Below, in pieces: positions 11,701-24,263 of a stretch of 64,000 nucleotides of DNA; positions within the stretch are counted from its first letter, which is position 1, and each line of letters starts with the position of its first letter. The stretch comes from Bugula neritina (taxonomy: Eukaryota; Animalia; Bryozoa): the NCBI GenBank assembly GCA_964035545.1, contig OZ037766.1, forward strand, positions 5,756,722 through 5,820,721, read 5' to 3'. Below the pieces are notes generated by a model. That model was not told the DNA's origin, made no database searches, and was given only the letters and a program-made list of their open reading frames with translations. The position numbers and the translations under genes were made by a program.

Positions 11701-14421
11701 GATACCTAGAAACAAGAAGCTGCAGAATACATCTGAAGCAGTAAATGAATTCGAAATAGCATTGGATGTCATAAACACTTGTTGCTTTAGATACAGACAT
11801 AGACAATGTATTCCAGCCATATGTAGAACACTTACTTGAAAATCATTTTTTGAAACCAATAAATGCCTAAATCGTTGCATTTAAAACAAATGAGTATTTG
11901 CTTAGAGAATTTATTTCAAGTAAATTGAATACTGATTATGAAACATGCAGCAAGAGGCCATTATTCAGAAATTAGAGCAATTTAGGTATAGAATTTGCTA
12001 TAATGAAAGCACACATTTACAGGAACTGTATTTAAAAAAATATATAACTGCTTCATAATTAAATTTACCTCCGCATGTCCTCCGGTAGCTGAGAGTTTGA
12101 TGATTCTAGAACAATGTGGTCTCCCATTGCTGTCCACCTACAAACCAAAATATTCGAGGCTAGGTTATTATATGATTTACAAAACATAAACATCAGGGAT
12201 CTCCAATAAAGATGTAGTCAGAAACTGAAATAAAATTACTGACAGTAAAGCAAAAAGGTTCATTGTATATTACTAGGTGTAAGACCTCAACCTTTCTATA
12301 AGTACGAGATGAATAAAAAGAATGGTTAACTACAGCTAAAGATAAATGGGATAAAAGAAAACAAGAAATTCAATTGCATACTGAAAATATAGAAAGAGTC
12401 TGAGCTAAGTCCAAGCCACAGTAAGTCAAGTAACTTGGTAATTGACTTGCCTTTAAATTAAAAGATAATTAAATTAAAGATGTCTCAAAGACTTGTAAAA
12501 ACTTGATCAATATTTTTAAGGCAAGTCAAATAATTTATTCAAGTAAATCGACTCAAGTCATAAAATTTCAAGCATCAAAGTCAGCAAGTACAAAAGTCAG
12601 CATGACTTGGACCAAGCTCTGGTGAAGAGTACATACTCGGTCCATTTGCCACACTTTGAGTTGAGGATACTCTGTATCTTCATCGGTCTAGAAAAAATGT
12701 ACAAAATAAACGATTGATACAAATTACACGCAAACTAATGTAAAATATACACATAAGAAATCAAATTTAATTTCAAATGAAAGAAATAGAATGGAAAATA
12801 TAACTCATGTTTAACATATAACAGAGCAGCTACAGCCCTTATTACTGCTAACAAACCCCAACTGTCAGAAGAACGGTGTTTTGTCTCAACTGATGGATGT
12901 GGGATATTGAGATATTGTGGGCTCTAAATGCAGTCATATTTAGCAACTTGTCCAGTATAACAACTGTGCCATCTCTGTCTCCCACCAGAATCTGTCCTCT
13001 CCCAGCAGTGCTGCATGTTATATCAAGCTCCTGCAACACACCAGGATGTTATACCAGAACTGCATGTTATGCCTAGTTGTTACATCACACCAGAGCTGCA
13101 TACTATACCTAGTTCTTACATTGCACATGACACATTACACATGCTTCCTGGATTAAACTCACACAACAACTAGTTCCCACATGCTATCACTAATAGATAA
13201 CGAAGAGATTTGGAAACCAAACAATTCCTTAATAATATAAAAACTGCTTTTTGTAAACCAATTAAATGACCAAATAGAACTAATTGCATATTTTTGAATA
13301 TTCTAACAAGCACAAGAAGTTCCACGGTGCTTTCAACTGGACAACACTACATCAATACATACTTTGAACTTGTCAAAATTGTGTCCTTCTAGTTCTGGAT
13401 CCTTCAGGATTTCACGATCAAAAAAGCTGAATCGTGGTGAAGTGATTGACTGCAAAATGTGAAATACTGTTACAAAATGCCTGTAAACTTTTATTTCAAT
13501 GCATATATTTTGCAAAACAATAGCTCTATCAATATAAAGCAAGTTAATAACTATGGGGTAAGTCTAAACAACATGACAAGTAGCCTCCACAAAAGCTGCA
13601 CATTACAAAACTACTATAGCCAATTTTTTTTAAATATAAAAGCAACTTTTCAATCACCTGTACACCACCATTTTATTATATTTACCTGCTACTTATTTCA
13701 CTATTTAATATTCAAATAGGTCTAGATAAGCAATTTGTGAAGCATTTTCCCAAAAAACAAGCACTTAATTTATGTTAACATATTTAAAACAATTTAAACC
13801 ATTTTTAAAGACAAATGTGACTTACTATTTTTTATCCAGAATATTAAATGAGTTTTGTGAGTATTCAATATTATAATTATAGACCACAAAATAGTGCCCA
13901 GTTAATGATCTTTTAATGCTAATACTAATAGTAACAGTAAAAATTATAAATATAATTACTTTGCTACAGTAGTGATTCGCCTATATTCAGTTTTATAATA
14001 ATTATTATAACCATAATCATAAATTAAATATGCATAAAAATTTTAGTATAAATTAAATACTAACACTAATTTGATAATTATAATCATAAAAATTACAATT
14101 ATGAATTATATTTTATTTATAAGTATAACAAATAGTTGATATAGACATGGTGAAATACAATTCATAATATTAATAATAACAATAATAATATAAAATTAAA
14201 TATTGATAATCATAATAATAATAAATAATTGATTATTAATATTAAATTTATGATTTAATAAATAATTTGCATCATCACAATCATTATAATTGTTGAACTC
14301 AATTTTATTTACAATGAGAATGATATTCATAGTGATAGTTATAATGATAATTATAATGAATTTAAAACAAAATGAAAATCAAAATCATAATGAATGATAA
14401 TCAAAATCATAATCTCACCAT
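2728..14421 (-). CDS. VPS11: Vacuolar protein sorting-associated protein 11 (CORVET/HOPS class C core subunit), multi-exon, with extended NPF-rich C-terminus
   Basis: The spliced translation follows VPS11 colinearly. N-terminus: M|SITSPRFSFFDREILKDP (ATG at 14421-14419, then a GTGAG donor; next exon 13449-13363). Beta-propeller: ITCSTAGRGQILVGDRDG (13030-12857). Middle: LLEKDTKTKLEILFKKNQY, GKLEPSYVIRK|FLDAQRLHNLTSYLEELH, FDVETAIRVLRQADY, DEQKLLPPLLVIQTLA. RING-H2: CCVCKYQLELPSVHFLCQHSYH..C..ECPVC (~5077-4815). VPS11_C: DGFNVIAQYFGKGIFNE (~4630-4492). Three further in-frame exons follow (4230-3942, 3709-3495, 3327-2728). Confidence 0.95.
2826..2940 (-). repeat. Coding 36-bp tandem repeat (~3 copies) encoding SSNPFEKPKAKE in the VPS11 last exon
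   Basis: The + strand unit ACGATTCTTTAGCCTTAGGCTTCTCAAAAGGATTAG is repeated and translates in the ORF 2728..3300 frame as SSN(T/P)FEKPKAKE x3. Confidence 0.95.
5395..5458. repeat. Intronic minisatellite, 22-bp unit x ~3
   Basis: GTATAATACACACTCTGAGAA(T/G) repeated three times. Confidence 0.9.
6183..6440. repeat. Intronic minisatellite, 26-bp unit, ~7 good copies plus a degenerate tail
   Basis: TATAATATATTCTATTA(T/C)TTAGTAGA repeated; starts ~20 bp from the VPS11 3' splice site at 6165. Confidence 0.9.
6855..7019. repeat. Intronic minisatellite, ~33-bp unit x ~4.5
   Basis: CACTATACTCTACAATACACTCATATCTGTACA repeated; fills most of a short VPS11 intron. Confidence 0.9.
8379..8495. repeat. Direct duplication (~55-bp unit, 62-bp period) next to a VPS11 3' splice site
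   Basis: ACACAGTACATGGGTT(A/G)TATATCT(C/T)AGCATGAATAAGTGTCAGAGAGGTGTCAGT occurs at 8379-8433 and 8441-8495. Confidence 0.9.
8486..8610 (+). mobile_element. Probable tRNA-derived SINE remnant in a VPS11 intron
   Basis: A-box-like GTGTCAGTTTGTAGAGC followed at tRNA-like spacing by B-box-like GGTTTGAATCCC. No intact cloverleaf acceptor stem was seen. Confidence 0.45.
12399..12622. mobile_element. Probable small MITE with degenerate TIRs and internal AAGTC repeats
   Basis: Left end CTGAGCTAAGTCCAAGCCAC resembles the reverse complement of the right end (CAGAGCTTGGTCCAAGTCAT). Many AAGTCA/GACTTG motifs lie inside. Confidence 0.45.
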
Positions 14422-14606
14422 TTCAAATATTTTTGCAACCGTTGTCTTCAAAGAATTTAACCAAATTTTGTTTCAAAGAGTCACTTGCAGTTTTTAGTGT
14501 TAGTATAAATACATATATCTTAGTTTAAAAAGGAGAGAGGTTGCAGAGTTTTTTAGCACACACTAACTTAATTTGTACACTAAACAACAGTTTCAGTTTG
14601 CTGCCC

Positions 14607-14617
14607 CTTCCGGAAGT
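14607..14617. promoter_or_regulatory. Palindromic ETS/GABP-type site (CTTCCGGAAGT) in the VPS11/CHD1L bidirectional promoter
   Basis: Consensus CCGGAAGT inside the palindrome CTTCCGGAAG, ~190 bp upstream of the VPS11 ATG. A likely CHD1L 5'UTR exon donor (AAAG|GTAATA) lies at ~14727 on the + strand. Confidence 0.6.
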
Positions 14618-15298
14618 GGAAACTTAGCGAAAGTATAGTCTGAGAGGTATAAAGTTTGTGAATAATTTTGGTCAGGCGAAGTAAATGCAAAAGTAGAACA
14701 AACCTTAATGGCATAACAAACAAAGGTAATACAATACAAATATATTTTCAAGTGTTGGAGTTTTTTTTGTTAATTAATCAAAACAATATTTTAATTTTGA
14801 ATTTTATAACATTATTATTATTATACATTTTTGCACTGATATATAAATGGGATTTACGTAATGGTTTTTGCGCGAAGAATCGTACTCTGTCTGAAACATA
14901 CGCTAAATATTTGCACGACTCAAACAATTGCATTTGCCGTTTCCATTAACTCCAAAATGAAAACTAAGTTTAAAATAAATAGAAGAATTTTAATTTATAT
15001 TGATGAGTTATATAAAGTTTTGTAGATTGAAATTAATTTTCTGTGCAAATTTATTTATTGCAATAATTTTTTTTGTCTTGTGAAGTTTCATTTGCTTTCA
15101 TGTTCTGGTCTAAATTATTAAATTTAATGAAATGGTAAAGTTGAACTCAAAGTCAAAGTGAAAGTAAACTAAAAGTAAAAGTAAAACTCAAACTGTAAAC
15201 TCATAAACTGATAAACTTAACGTCAAAGTGGAAGTATTTATATACGAAGTTTAATACTAATGCTAATAGTGTGCTACTTGGAAATCTTTACTTTACAT

Positions 15299-15407
15299 TT
15301 CACACTATTTTTAACCATTTGGAATAGATTAAACAACTCATGAACTTAAGTCTTAAAGTTAATAAGCTGTTTAATCTATTTCAAATCATGGTTAAAAATA
15401 GTGTGAA
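15299..15407. repeat. ~110-bp imperfect palindrome (fold-back/MITE-like)
   Basis: TTCACACTATTTTTAACCAT at the left end is the exact reverse complement of ATGGTTAAAAATAGTGTGAA at the right end. Pairing continues inward (AATAGATTAAACA / TGTTTAATCTATT). Confidence 0.85.
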
Positions 15408-15995
15408 GTACAGTTACACGTACTAATTATAAAATTTTATATTTATAATTTTGATAATTAAAAATTACTAGTTTACAGCAGGTTACATACTGATACTATT
15501 AGTATTACTTATGCTAATACTGACACTCATAGCCCATAGTGATAACTGATGAGGCATAGGTCATATCATCATCAGGACCTCCTACACTTATAAGTTATAG
15601 GTGTTAACCTACCCACTTTTGGTCATGATAATTATTTAATCTATAAAAAATTTACTACCTAGGCCTAATAGTAATACTAAATACGTAGCTATAAAAATAA
15701 TTAAACCTGCTTGATAGTGATAAGGACTCGCTACTCGAGTTGCTGCTAATAGTAACTGTACATTCTGTTTTTAAAGAAAAAAGCAAAAGAAAAGCATGAA
15801 TTTGAAAGCAGAGAACTTAGTTTACTACTCAATCTTTCTAGTCAGTGAATTTGTTTTAGTATTTTGTACAATTTACAACTTTGAAATCTTGATCATTAGC
15901 TGGAATTTTTTTTATAATTCCAAGTTGAAACTTATCGCATCAAATTTGTTTGCATCGATGTATCAATTTTTTATTATATTGCAAATAGCAACAGC

Positions 15996-18900
15996 ATGGC
16001 AGATATTAAAGTTGACAACAATATTTTAAAGTCTAAAGGATTGAAGAAATCAGAGTTTCTTAGACCTTATCAACTCGAGGGAGTTAATTGGCTTAAAAGT
16101 AAGTATTTTCTCTAATTTATACAATAGACTTATTAAAAGCCTTACTAATTCACGGTAGTATGTATATTGGAAGTTATGTGTTTTGGCTGCGTCTGTAATT
16201 GTGCGTTATTATTTAAGAACTATTCAGGCTTTTAAGGTAATTTTTTTCTTTGGAAATGTATATTTTTTATGTATACCTATAATTGTTCAAACTCGTATAA
16301 TGATGTCAAAAATGTGTTAATGTATTTTGCAATTTGGTCAGTTCTTGAGAAATTTTATTTATCCTATAAATTTATGTTTCAAATTTTATTATTTCTTTAT
16401 GACTTTCATTTTTTTCTTTTTATAAAAATAGAATGCTATAAAAGAGGTGAAGGAGGCCTGCTATGTGACGAGATGGGGCTCGGTAAAACCTGCCAGGCCA
16501 TTTCCTTCTTGCTCTCTATTGCTGATGGTGATAGGCCGATGTCTTTAGTTCTTAGTCCACTTACTGTGTTAGATAACTGGAGACAGGAATTTCTGAGGTG
16601 AGACTGTTATGGATTGATGTCTCGTGTAAGGAAGCGTACAGCTCTGGAATGTGAGCCTGTTTGGTATTGCTAGAGATTTTAGGATTAGCAATTTAGCATA
16701 GATTTAGGTTTTCTGTAAACATAAGGTCTGCCAACTTTGTAGAGGAAGAGATATTAAATAGTTTACAGTTGAACAATTTGTTTTCTTCATTTATGGTTCA
16801 ATTCATACGGGCCTTTAATGTTGCAGTAGGTAAACAGAGTCATACTGATTTCTTGTAGTAATTTTGTCAGTGAGCTCTCAGATACTCTTGAAAACCATCA
16901 GCAACATTATTTTACTTCATTATTTTTTGTCAAAGTTGAGTGTTCATTGTCTGTCACATGTTTAACTATATTTATATGAAGTATTAGATATATTTATTAT
17001 GTAATTCTTGCAGTGTGCTGTGCAAATGGTAATCCTGTATTCCGTTTCAATTTCATAAGGTTTGTGCCGGATATGCGTGTTATCACATATATTGGTGATC
17101 AAGATGCCCGCTCTCAACTGAGAAAGAGAGTCAGGAGAAATGTACCAGATGTTCTGCTCACAACCTATGATATGTGTCTTAGAGATAACTTCTTCTTTGA
17201 GAAGCGTGCATTCAATGCGGTTATTGTAGATGAAGGTCATAGGTGGGTTAAATCTTTCAGCAGCACTAGTATGGATCGCATGTTGGAATCTATCATATAG
17301 CTTAGTTCACTATATTTGCATAAAATGTATTTATGACTATAATGATAATAGAGAATAGTGTAATTTGTTTATTCTCTTTCTTGAGTGGTATTGTTATGCC
17401 ACGAAATTAATACATGTAGTTTCTCCGATGTAAAGCTACCTTTTATTTTAGCATGCCTTTTTATTGAAGCTGATTTTGAAGTTTATATGAAAGAGTAAAG
17501 GATTGAAAGTATTATATGTTTAGTTATGTTGTTCAGTTTTCATTTGCCGTTCAGTATCTATAACGTACATATTTGTGTGTAGGTTGAAAAACAGCGAATC
17601 ACTACTCTATAAGTCTATGGAAATGTACGACAGTAAGTGTTGTGTTCTCCTGACAGGGACTCCAGTTCAGAACAATCTAAGTGAGATGTACTCACTTCTA
17701 GCTTTTGTAGCTCCTAGCAAATTCAAACTTTCTTCAAAAGAAGAATTCATTGAACAATATAAGAATATCAAAACAGACCAGAAAGGTTAGTATGCGAAAG
17801 TGAGAGCAGTTTTGTGTTTTCAGGCTGCAAGTTTGCTAGGTATCAAAATCATTTGGTTTAAATAATTAAGATTATCTTGTTATTTTTCAAACTATGTGTT
17901 TTGAAGTTAATATTTAAATTTTACAACTTTTTTATTTTTCATCTATTCAAATCATAATTCTCCATAGGCGATAGCGCCTAGTAATAAAATAAACAAAAAA
18001 TTGACAAAGGCATTATAAAGCAGTAAGCATTCTACTCTGTGTAAAGTTTCGTCCACTATTGTAGTGTCTGATGACTTGCAGTCACTTATAAAGCCATGGC
18101 TCTTAAGGAGAACTAAAGCTGAGGTAGCCTTAGACATTCCAGAAAAGTCTGAAGTGTTTATATACCACCCTATTTCTGACTTGCAGAAAAAATACTATAA
18201 GGCTATTCTTACCAAAGATGCAGGTGAAGCTTGGATGAAACTGTCACAGCTGATATTTTAATTTGAATTAGTAATAATTCATGGAATCTAATTCGTAATC
18301 AACGTGAATTTCAATTTGTCAGATTGTGTACAAAATTAAGCTAGTATTAAAGATTCTAAACTCATGTTCAAAATTTCTCTAATTTAGTTACAATTTATTG
18401 CAGAGGCTTTTGAAAGTGAAACTTCTGTTTCTAAAACTAAACTGCTGAACATTTTGATGCAACTAAGAAAATGTGTCAACCACCCGTACTTGTTTGATGG
18501 GGTGGAGCCAGAGCCCTTCCAACTTGGTGAACACCTGGTAGAATCATCAGCTAAGCTTCTCACATTGGACAGAATACTGAAGAGTTTAGCTGAAGATGGT
18601 CACAAAGTACTGCTGTTCTCCCAGATGACCCGGATGTTGGATATATTACAGGATTATCTCCACTATAGAGGTACGTGCCCACGCCACAGACAACCTGGTT
18701 GACTTTTTTGTTAAAAAAGAAATATTAATAGTTTGCGATGAGTTCACTAGAAAGTTTTCAGCCCTAGTAGTGCTGTTTTAACTACTGACTTGAGAAGTGC
18801 TTTATCATGACTTGGCTAAAAATTGGTTAATCAGTATTTGTGGTGAAATATACTAACTTATTTTACCAAACTGAAATAATTTTAACTTAACTAACTGCAC

Positions 18901-21900
18901 ACAGAACATGTGGAATATTACAAAATGTTTTGCTCAAAGTCAGAAACAATTTTTAGTGCTTATTGTGTAACTCTTTACTTGCAAATTGAGGTTTTCAATG
19001 CAGTACTGATCATTTGGTGAATTGAATAGACTTGGAGTGTGATGACTAAGTATTAGGTTATGATTTATTCAGGATACACCTATGAAAGGCTGGATGGCTC
19101 AGTGAGAGGGGAGGAGCGATTTGCAGCTATCAAAGGTTTCAACTCCTCTGATGAGACGTTTATATTCCTGTTGAGCTCCAGAGCCGGAGGTCAAGGGTTA
19201 AATCTGACGTCTGCAGACACAGTCATATTCTATGATCACGACTTTAACCCTCAGGTAAGAACTAACAGTGAAATTAGCTAATATTACAGTCAGTTGTAAT
19301 TTTATCAAAACTTGATAATGCTTTAAGTGACTCTTCATCTTGTGTATTATGAATTATATGTACCTTTTCAATTTTATATCGTAGTTATTTTACATTGCCG
19401 GATAAGTTTTTAAAAAACTCACATATTCGGCTAATTGGTGAGCAACACTGATTATTAACAGCTCTAATCTAAAGAATTTATTTATTACTACGTATAGTGT
19501 GATATTATATTGATTTTGTCTTAATCAGCTGATAATTTTTTCATCGGCTCTGTCTTTATTTCTCCAGATTGATTTACAAGCGTCTGCAAGAGCTCATCGA
19601 ATTGGTCAAACCCGTCCAGTAAAAATAATTCGCCTTGTAGCTAAGGCTACAGTAGAAGAAATCATTCTATCTCGAGCTCAAGAGAAACTTAGACTAACTC
19701 ACTCGGTGATGTCATCCAATGCTACTGAGGGTGAGATTTTATTGGTACACTTGAAGACGTATAACTTGTTGATGATGCCACAATTCAATGGTTTCTCTTT
19801 AGACCGAAGCAAATGAATGCTAATTTTTAATCTAAATTTGGCGCAAGAGTCCGCTTACTTTTCACTTAGATACTTTCATTGGTTGAACATTGAAGTTTTT
19901 TTTAGTCAGTAGCAGTTTAACTTTCTAACAGGAAATTTTTTTTCAAATTTTTGTGACAAAGAATCACCATAAGTTCTCCCTACTGTATTAAGTTTTACTG
20001 TAATAGGTTAAAATATCTACGCCGCTAGACTTGTAATAAAAGCCAACTCAACATGCATATCAATATTCCATCACACTCTGCCACTTTCTAGACAGTCTTA
20101 CTGAGCTCTCAGCTCACACGTCCAAAGACCTCCAGAAGATGCTTAAGTTTGGTTTGACCTCATTGTTGGCCCCAGACAGCCATGAGGAGGAACTAAACAT
20201 TGCCGAGATTCTCGGAAGAAGTGAGAATGGAAGGTGGATGACCTTGAGGTCTTCAGCTGAAGATGCAACATCATCAGGGAGTCAGCCAATAGAAACAATG
20301 TATCAGTTTGAAGGTATAATGTAAATTGTATTTCTTTACATTTACTATTGTTAATTCAGCTATTGTTGAATTATTGTTACCTATATTAATGTTTGGTAAA
20401 TTAATATTCTTTTAATTACGTATTTGTTATGGTGTCCACTCATTTACGCATATTCATAAAACTAAGTTATAGTTAGCTCTCCTTCATTACTTTGTAATGT
20501 TTCTTTTGTCACTATTTTGTTAATGTTTCCTCATTCATTCCATATATATTGCAGTTATCCTGGAACAATAAGTGCTTGCAGCATTTTCCAAGGCTTATTA
20601 ACTTGAAATAAAATTACATGTTTTATAAAAGGCTGACCTTTCGAAGCAGTGTGACATGTAATATCAACTGTTTGTAGGGAAAGACTACTCCAGTGCAAGA
20701 AATAATAAAAATGATGATGATGCTTTTGAAAAGTTAGTCGCTGAAGTTAAATCGGCATCACTGACTGAGAGTGGACGACGAATCAGGAACAAAACTTCTG
20801 TTAGTATATTAGATCAGCCACTCTGTTGACAGAAATAAGGAGAGCAATTTGGTTAAAACATCACCTCTGTTGTGTGATTTTGTCAAGCTATTTGATGCGC
20901 TGAGATAATTCCCTTTAGCATATTTAGATGTATGACAGAAAGATTACTGTTGAATACTCTTTATTTTTGAAAGTAATAATAATGTACTTTCAGGCTGCTT
21001 TATCGTCTCTCACTTTGCCAGACATCAAAACACGGAAACCTTTAACAGCCGAACAGCTGGAGCTCAGGAAAAAGAAGAGAGAAGAAACTATGAAGAAGAG
21101 AAAAGCAGAAGTATGTGTTGAGTTATTATCTCTTTTTCATTAATCAATCCGAAAAACTTTCACTTGAATATGAGGCATTGTGGTGACAACTTCCAACACA
21201 CCATAAATTTATTTTCAAAAACTATTTGGATTTGTCTTTAATTTTAAGGGCGCAAGGTAAATGTAACCATTGAGTTAAAAATAGTTATATTATATAGTTA
21301 TATAGTATTTTATAGTTATAGTTATATTATAGTGTTATATTTCAATAGATGTAACTATAAATAAATATTTTTAACACAGGAGTGCATCGTAAATGAGATT
21401 GGAAATTTTTCTTATGCAATTGTGTTGCATAAATAATATTAACTTATTGCTAGGAAATCTGTGTCAAAATGCTATGTTTATTTTATTACTAAATATTTGA
21501 ACATTTATTTTTAAGCTCTTTTCGAAAATTTAGTTTTTCTTATGCAATTCAATTGTTTAAAAAAGTTTTTTTTAGTATCCTTGAACAAGGTTATTTGGTT
21601 ATTTTGTAACCTTATATCTGTAATACTAAGGAAAGAAAACTCGTAATAGTAATTTTAAAATCTCATATTTTGGAAGTTATCTATTCTTTTTTAAATCTCT
21701 GCACAGGCAGAGGCTAGGGAAATGTTGAAAGCGGAAAAAAAGAAAGAAAAGTGGCGGATGGCCGGTTACACTTCCCAGTCTGTTTCCTTGCCTTCTGATT
21801 CTGAAGACTCTGAAGGGAGTGAAAGTGAAGACAGCGAGGATGTAGAATACATGCATTTTGTTACAGGAGATGTGACAACTCCGAATAAATCACGTGCACT

Positions 21901-22675
21901 CATTGTACAGTGTGTTGATGACTCTGGCCAATGGGGTAGTGGCGGGGTATTTACTGCTTTATCCAATCAAACTAAAACACCTGAAGATCACTATGAGTTA
22001 GCAGGTGATTTAAAAGATTTACATCAAGGTGATGTGCATATTGTAGCCTGTGAGGATGTGTCCAGTTATGATAGTTACAATGTAGCTTTAATGGTAGCCC
22101 AGGACCATAAGCTACGAATCCAGCAAACTTTGTTAACTACTTGTTTAAAGAAAATTGCTATTGCCAGCAAGAGATTGGGTGGTATAAGTGTCCACATGCC
22201 TCGTATTGGGTACAGCACTCCTGGGTTCGACTGGTACAGCACTGAGCGACAACTCCGAAAATATTTAGCTAACAAAAGAATTCACACATATATATACTAC
22301 TTCAAGCGTGGTGTTAAACGACGTTCTTCTCCCGTGCCGTCACGCTCCAAACAATCACGAAGTGAGAGCCCTGTGTCCCCTATTCCTACTCCACTGTCCA
22401 GCAACCAATCAAATCACGTGTTAGAGGATATTTTTACTGACCTAGAAATCTTTATTGATTCAGAGTCTGTCAATTTTGACGAGAGTAAGAAACTAAAGCG
22501 GTATATAATAGCATTTGATGGCTCGGTGGCAGCTTGTGAAAGTGATAACACAAGTTATGTAGTCAGCACAAAGTCTGGTGAAGACCCCCACAGCATTCCA
22601 CACGTGACTCCTGATTTTATATATGATTGCATATGCAGGAGTAAAATACTCCCTCATGATAATTATGTCCTTTGA
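15996..22675 (+). CDS. CHD1L: Chromodomain-helicase-DNA-binding protein 1-like (ALC1): SNF2 ATPase + macrodomain + C-terminal BRCT
   Basis: Exons approx. 15996-16098, 16432-16597, 17060-17242, 17583-17784, 18065-18222, 18404-18670, 19073-19254, 19568-19730, 20091-20313, 20678-20799, 20994-21110, 21707-22675. Motifs: [20 protein letters not shown] (Walker A), [66 protein letters not shown], and the macrodomain [29 protein letters not shown]. Confidence 0.95.
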
Positions 22676-24263
22676 GTTGTAACAAAAGGTCCATCATTAT
22701 TCTATAAAGTTTTGGTTTTGGATCATTATAGAATTGATAGCTCTTCCATGGTTTGACAATTCTACCACAAATGTACAACAAGTTTTATTTTAAAATATTT
22801 TTGTATTTTCTTAGCAGTTTTTTTATTTTTTATTATTTGTTGTTCAGAACTAGATATAATTTAGATTTTAACTTTAATGGGTTCCAAATAGTTGCACTGT
22901 TGATATAGTTAATAACTCAATATTGTAAATTTATAGTTAATAATTCAATATTGTAAATTGTGAAAACGATGGTTATAGCTTTATTGTGCAAGACACAATA
23001 TATTATGATATTTACTTTATGTTGTAGCAGAAATTCTTTGAGTGGTGTGCCATAATTGTGTTTCAAGTAGATGCTATAATAAACTGAATTTTCAATCACT
23101 TATTCTGAACCATTGGTTACTGCTAACTTATAATAAACTTTGTAGTTTGGTCTATTCGCTTCACAATTGTGTATTATACACGTGTTGGCTATTTATAAAA
23201 GTGTATCATAGAAAAGAGTTTACCCTTTGCTGTTTGATGATGTAAGCCATGCACCTAACTGGCCATTAAGTCAAATCATAAAAAACACAATCTGCTGCAA
23301 TAGGTGTATAATTCATGGCATTGAAGAAAGTGGCCATTGAGAACCAAACACCAGTTATAAAGCTATAACACAGCTTGCATTATGGTTATTTGACCAGTCA
23401 GAAAGAAGACAACTCTGCGTGCATTTTGGTATCCAGTGTATACTAATAATGCAATGTGCAGACCTATTACAGTGCAAGACTCACTGAAATGGAATATGTA
23501 TTCCAATTCAGTGGTGTGACCTCAACAATTAATGGAACTATGTAGAACATATTTTTCGACACTGATAGCTTCAATGTCGCAAATAGCTACTTTTTATTTT
23601 GCACCTTTTCAAGCTCTTCCAAGATACTTCATTGCAAGACTTGAATTATTTTAATTTATCTATGCGATTGCTCTTCACCTCACTATCCCACGTAATCCAG
23701 TATCATAATACAGCCATGTAATTATTGCACATAAACTGAGCAGCATTTCTGGATATGTATTTATGCACAATGAATGAATAGATGTAATACTTTCATTAAA
23801 GCAGGAAACATGAAATCAAATACTAACATATCTAGTATATGCATATCTTCATAAAACAAGATTCAGTATAAAGAGTACGAAGGTTAAAAAATATACAAAG
23901 GAAACTTTTTACTCAATACAGATTGCTTGCTATAAAGCATATAGCTCTGATTGGAAACGCTTGGATATAGGAAATGAATTGCTAAATCAAGATTATCAAA
24001 CAAAAATAAAGATTGGAAGGAAAAACCTAATCTCAAAATATAATAACTTGAGCCTAAAATATATTATTGTTCAAAGACTAATGCTAATAAATACTAAAGC
24101 ACGAACCAGTTTAAAACAGGAATAAACTAAAGCCAATAATACATTATGCATATTATTACAGTCAGATCTGTGAAAGATATATTTATATATCAGCAGTAGG
24201 AGATAATCACAATAGTAGGTAACAGCCAACCACTCGTGCTTAGCTCAGGGCAAGTTCATTTGA

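Noticed and set aside
13900-14400. Extremely AT-rich (TAA/ATT) tracts here and at ~28900-29620
   Set aside because: Low-complexity promoter-proximal intron sequence with no defined unit or structure.
17225-17242. DEGH instead of DEAH in CHD1L motif II
   Set aside because: DEGH is common in active SNF2-family ATPases and is not evidence of inactivation or novelty.
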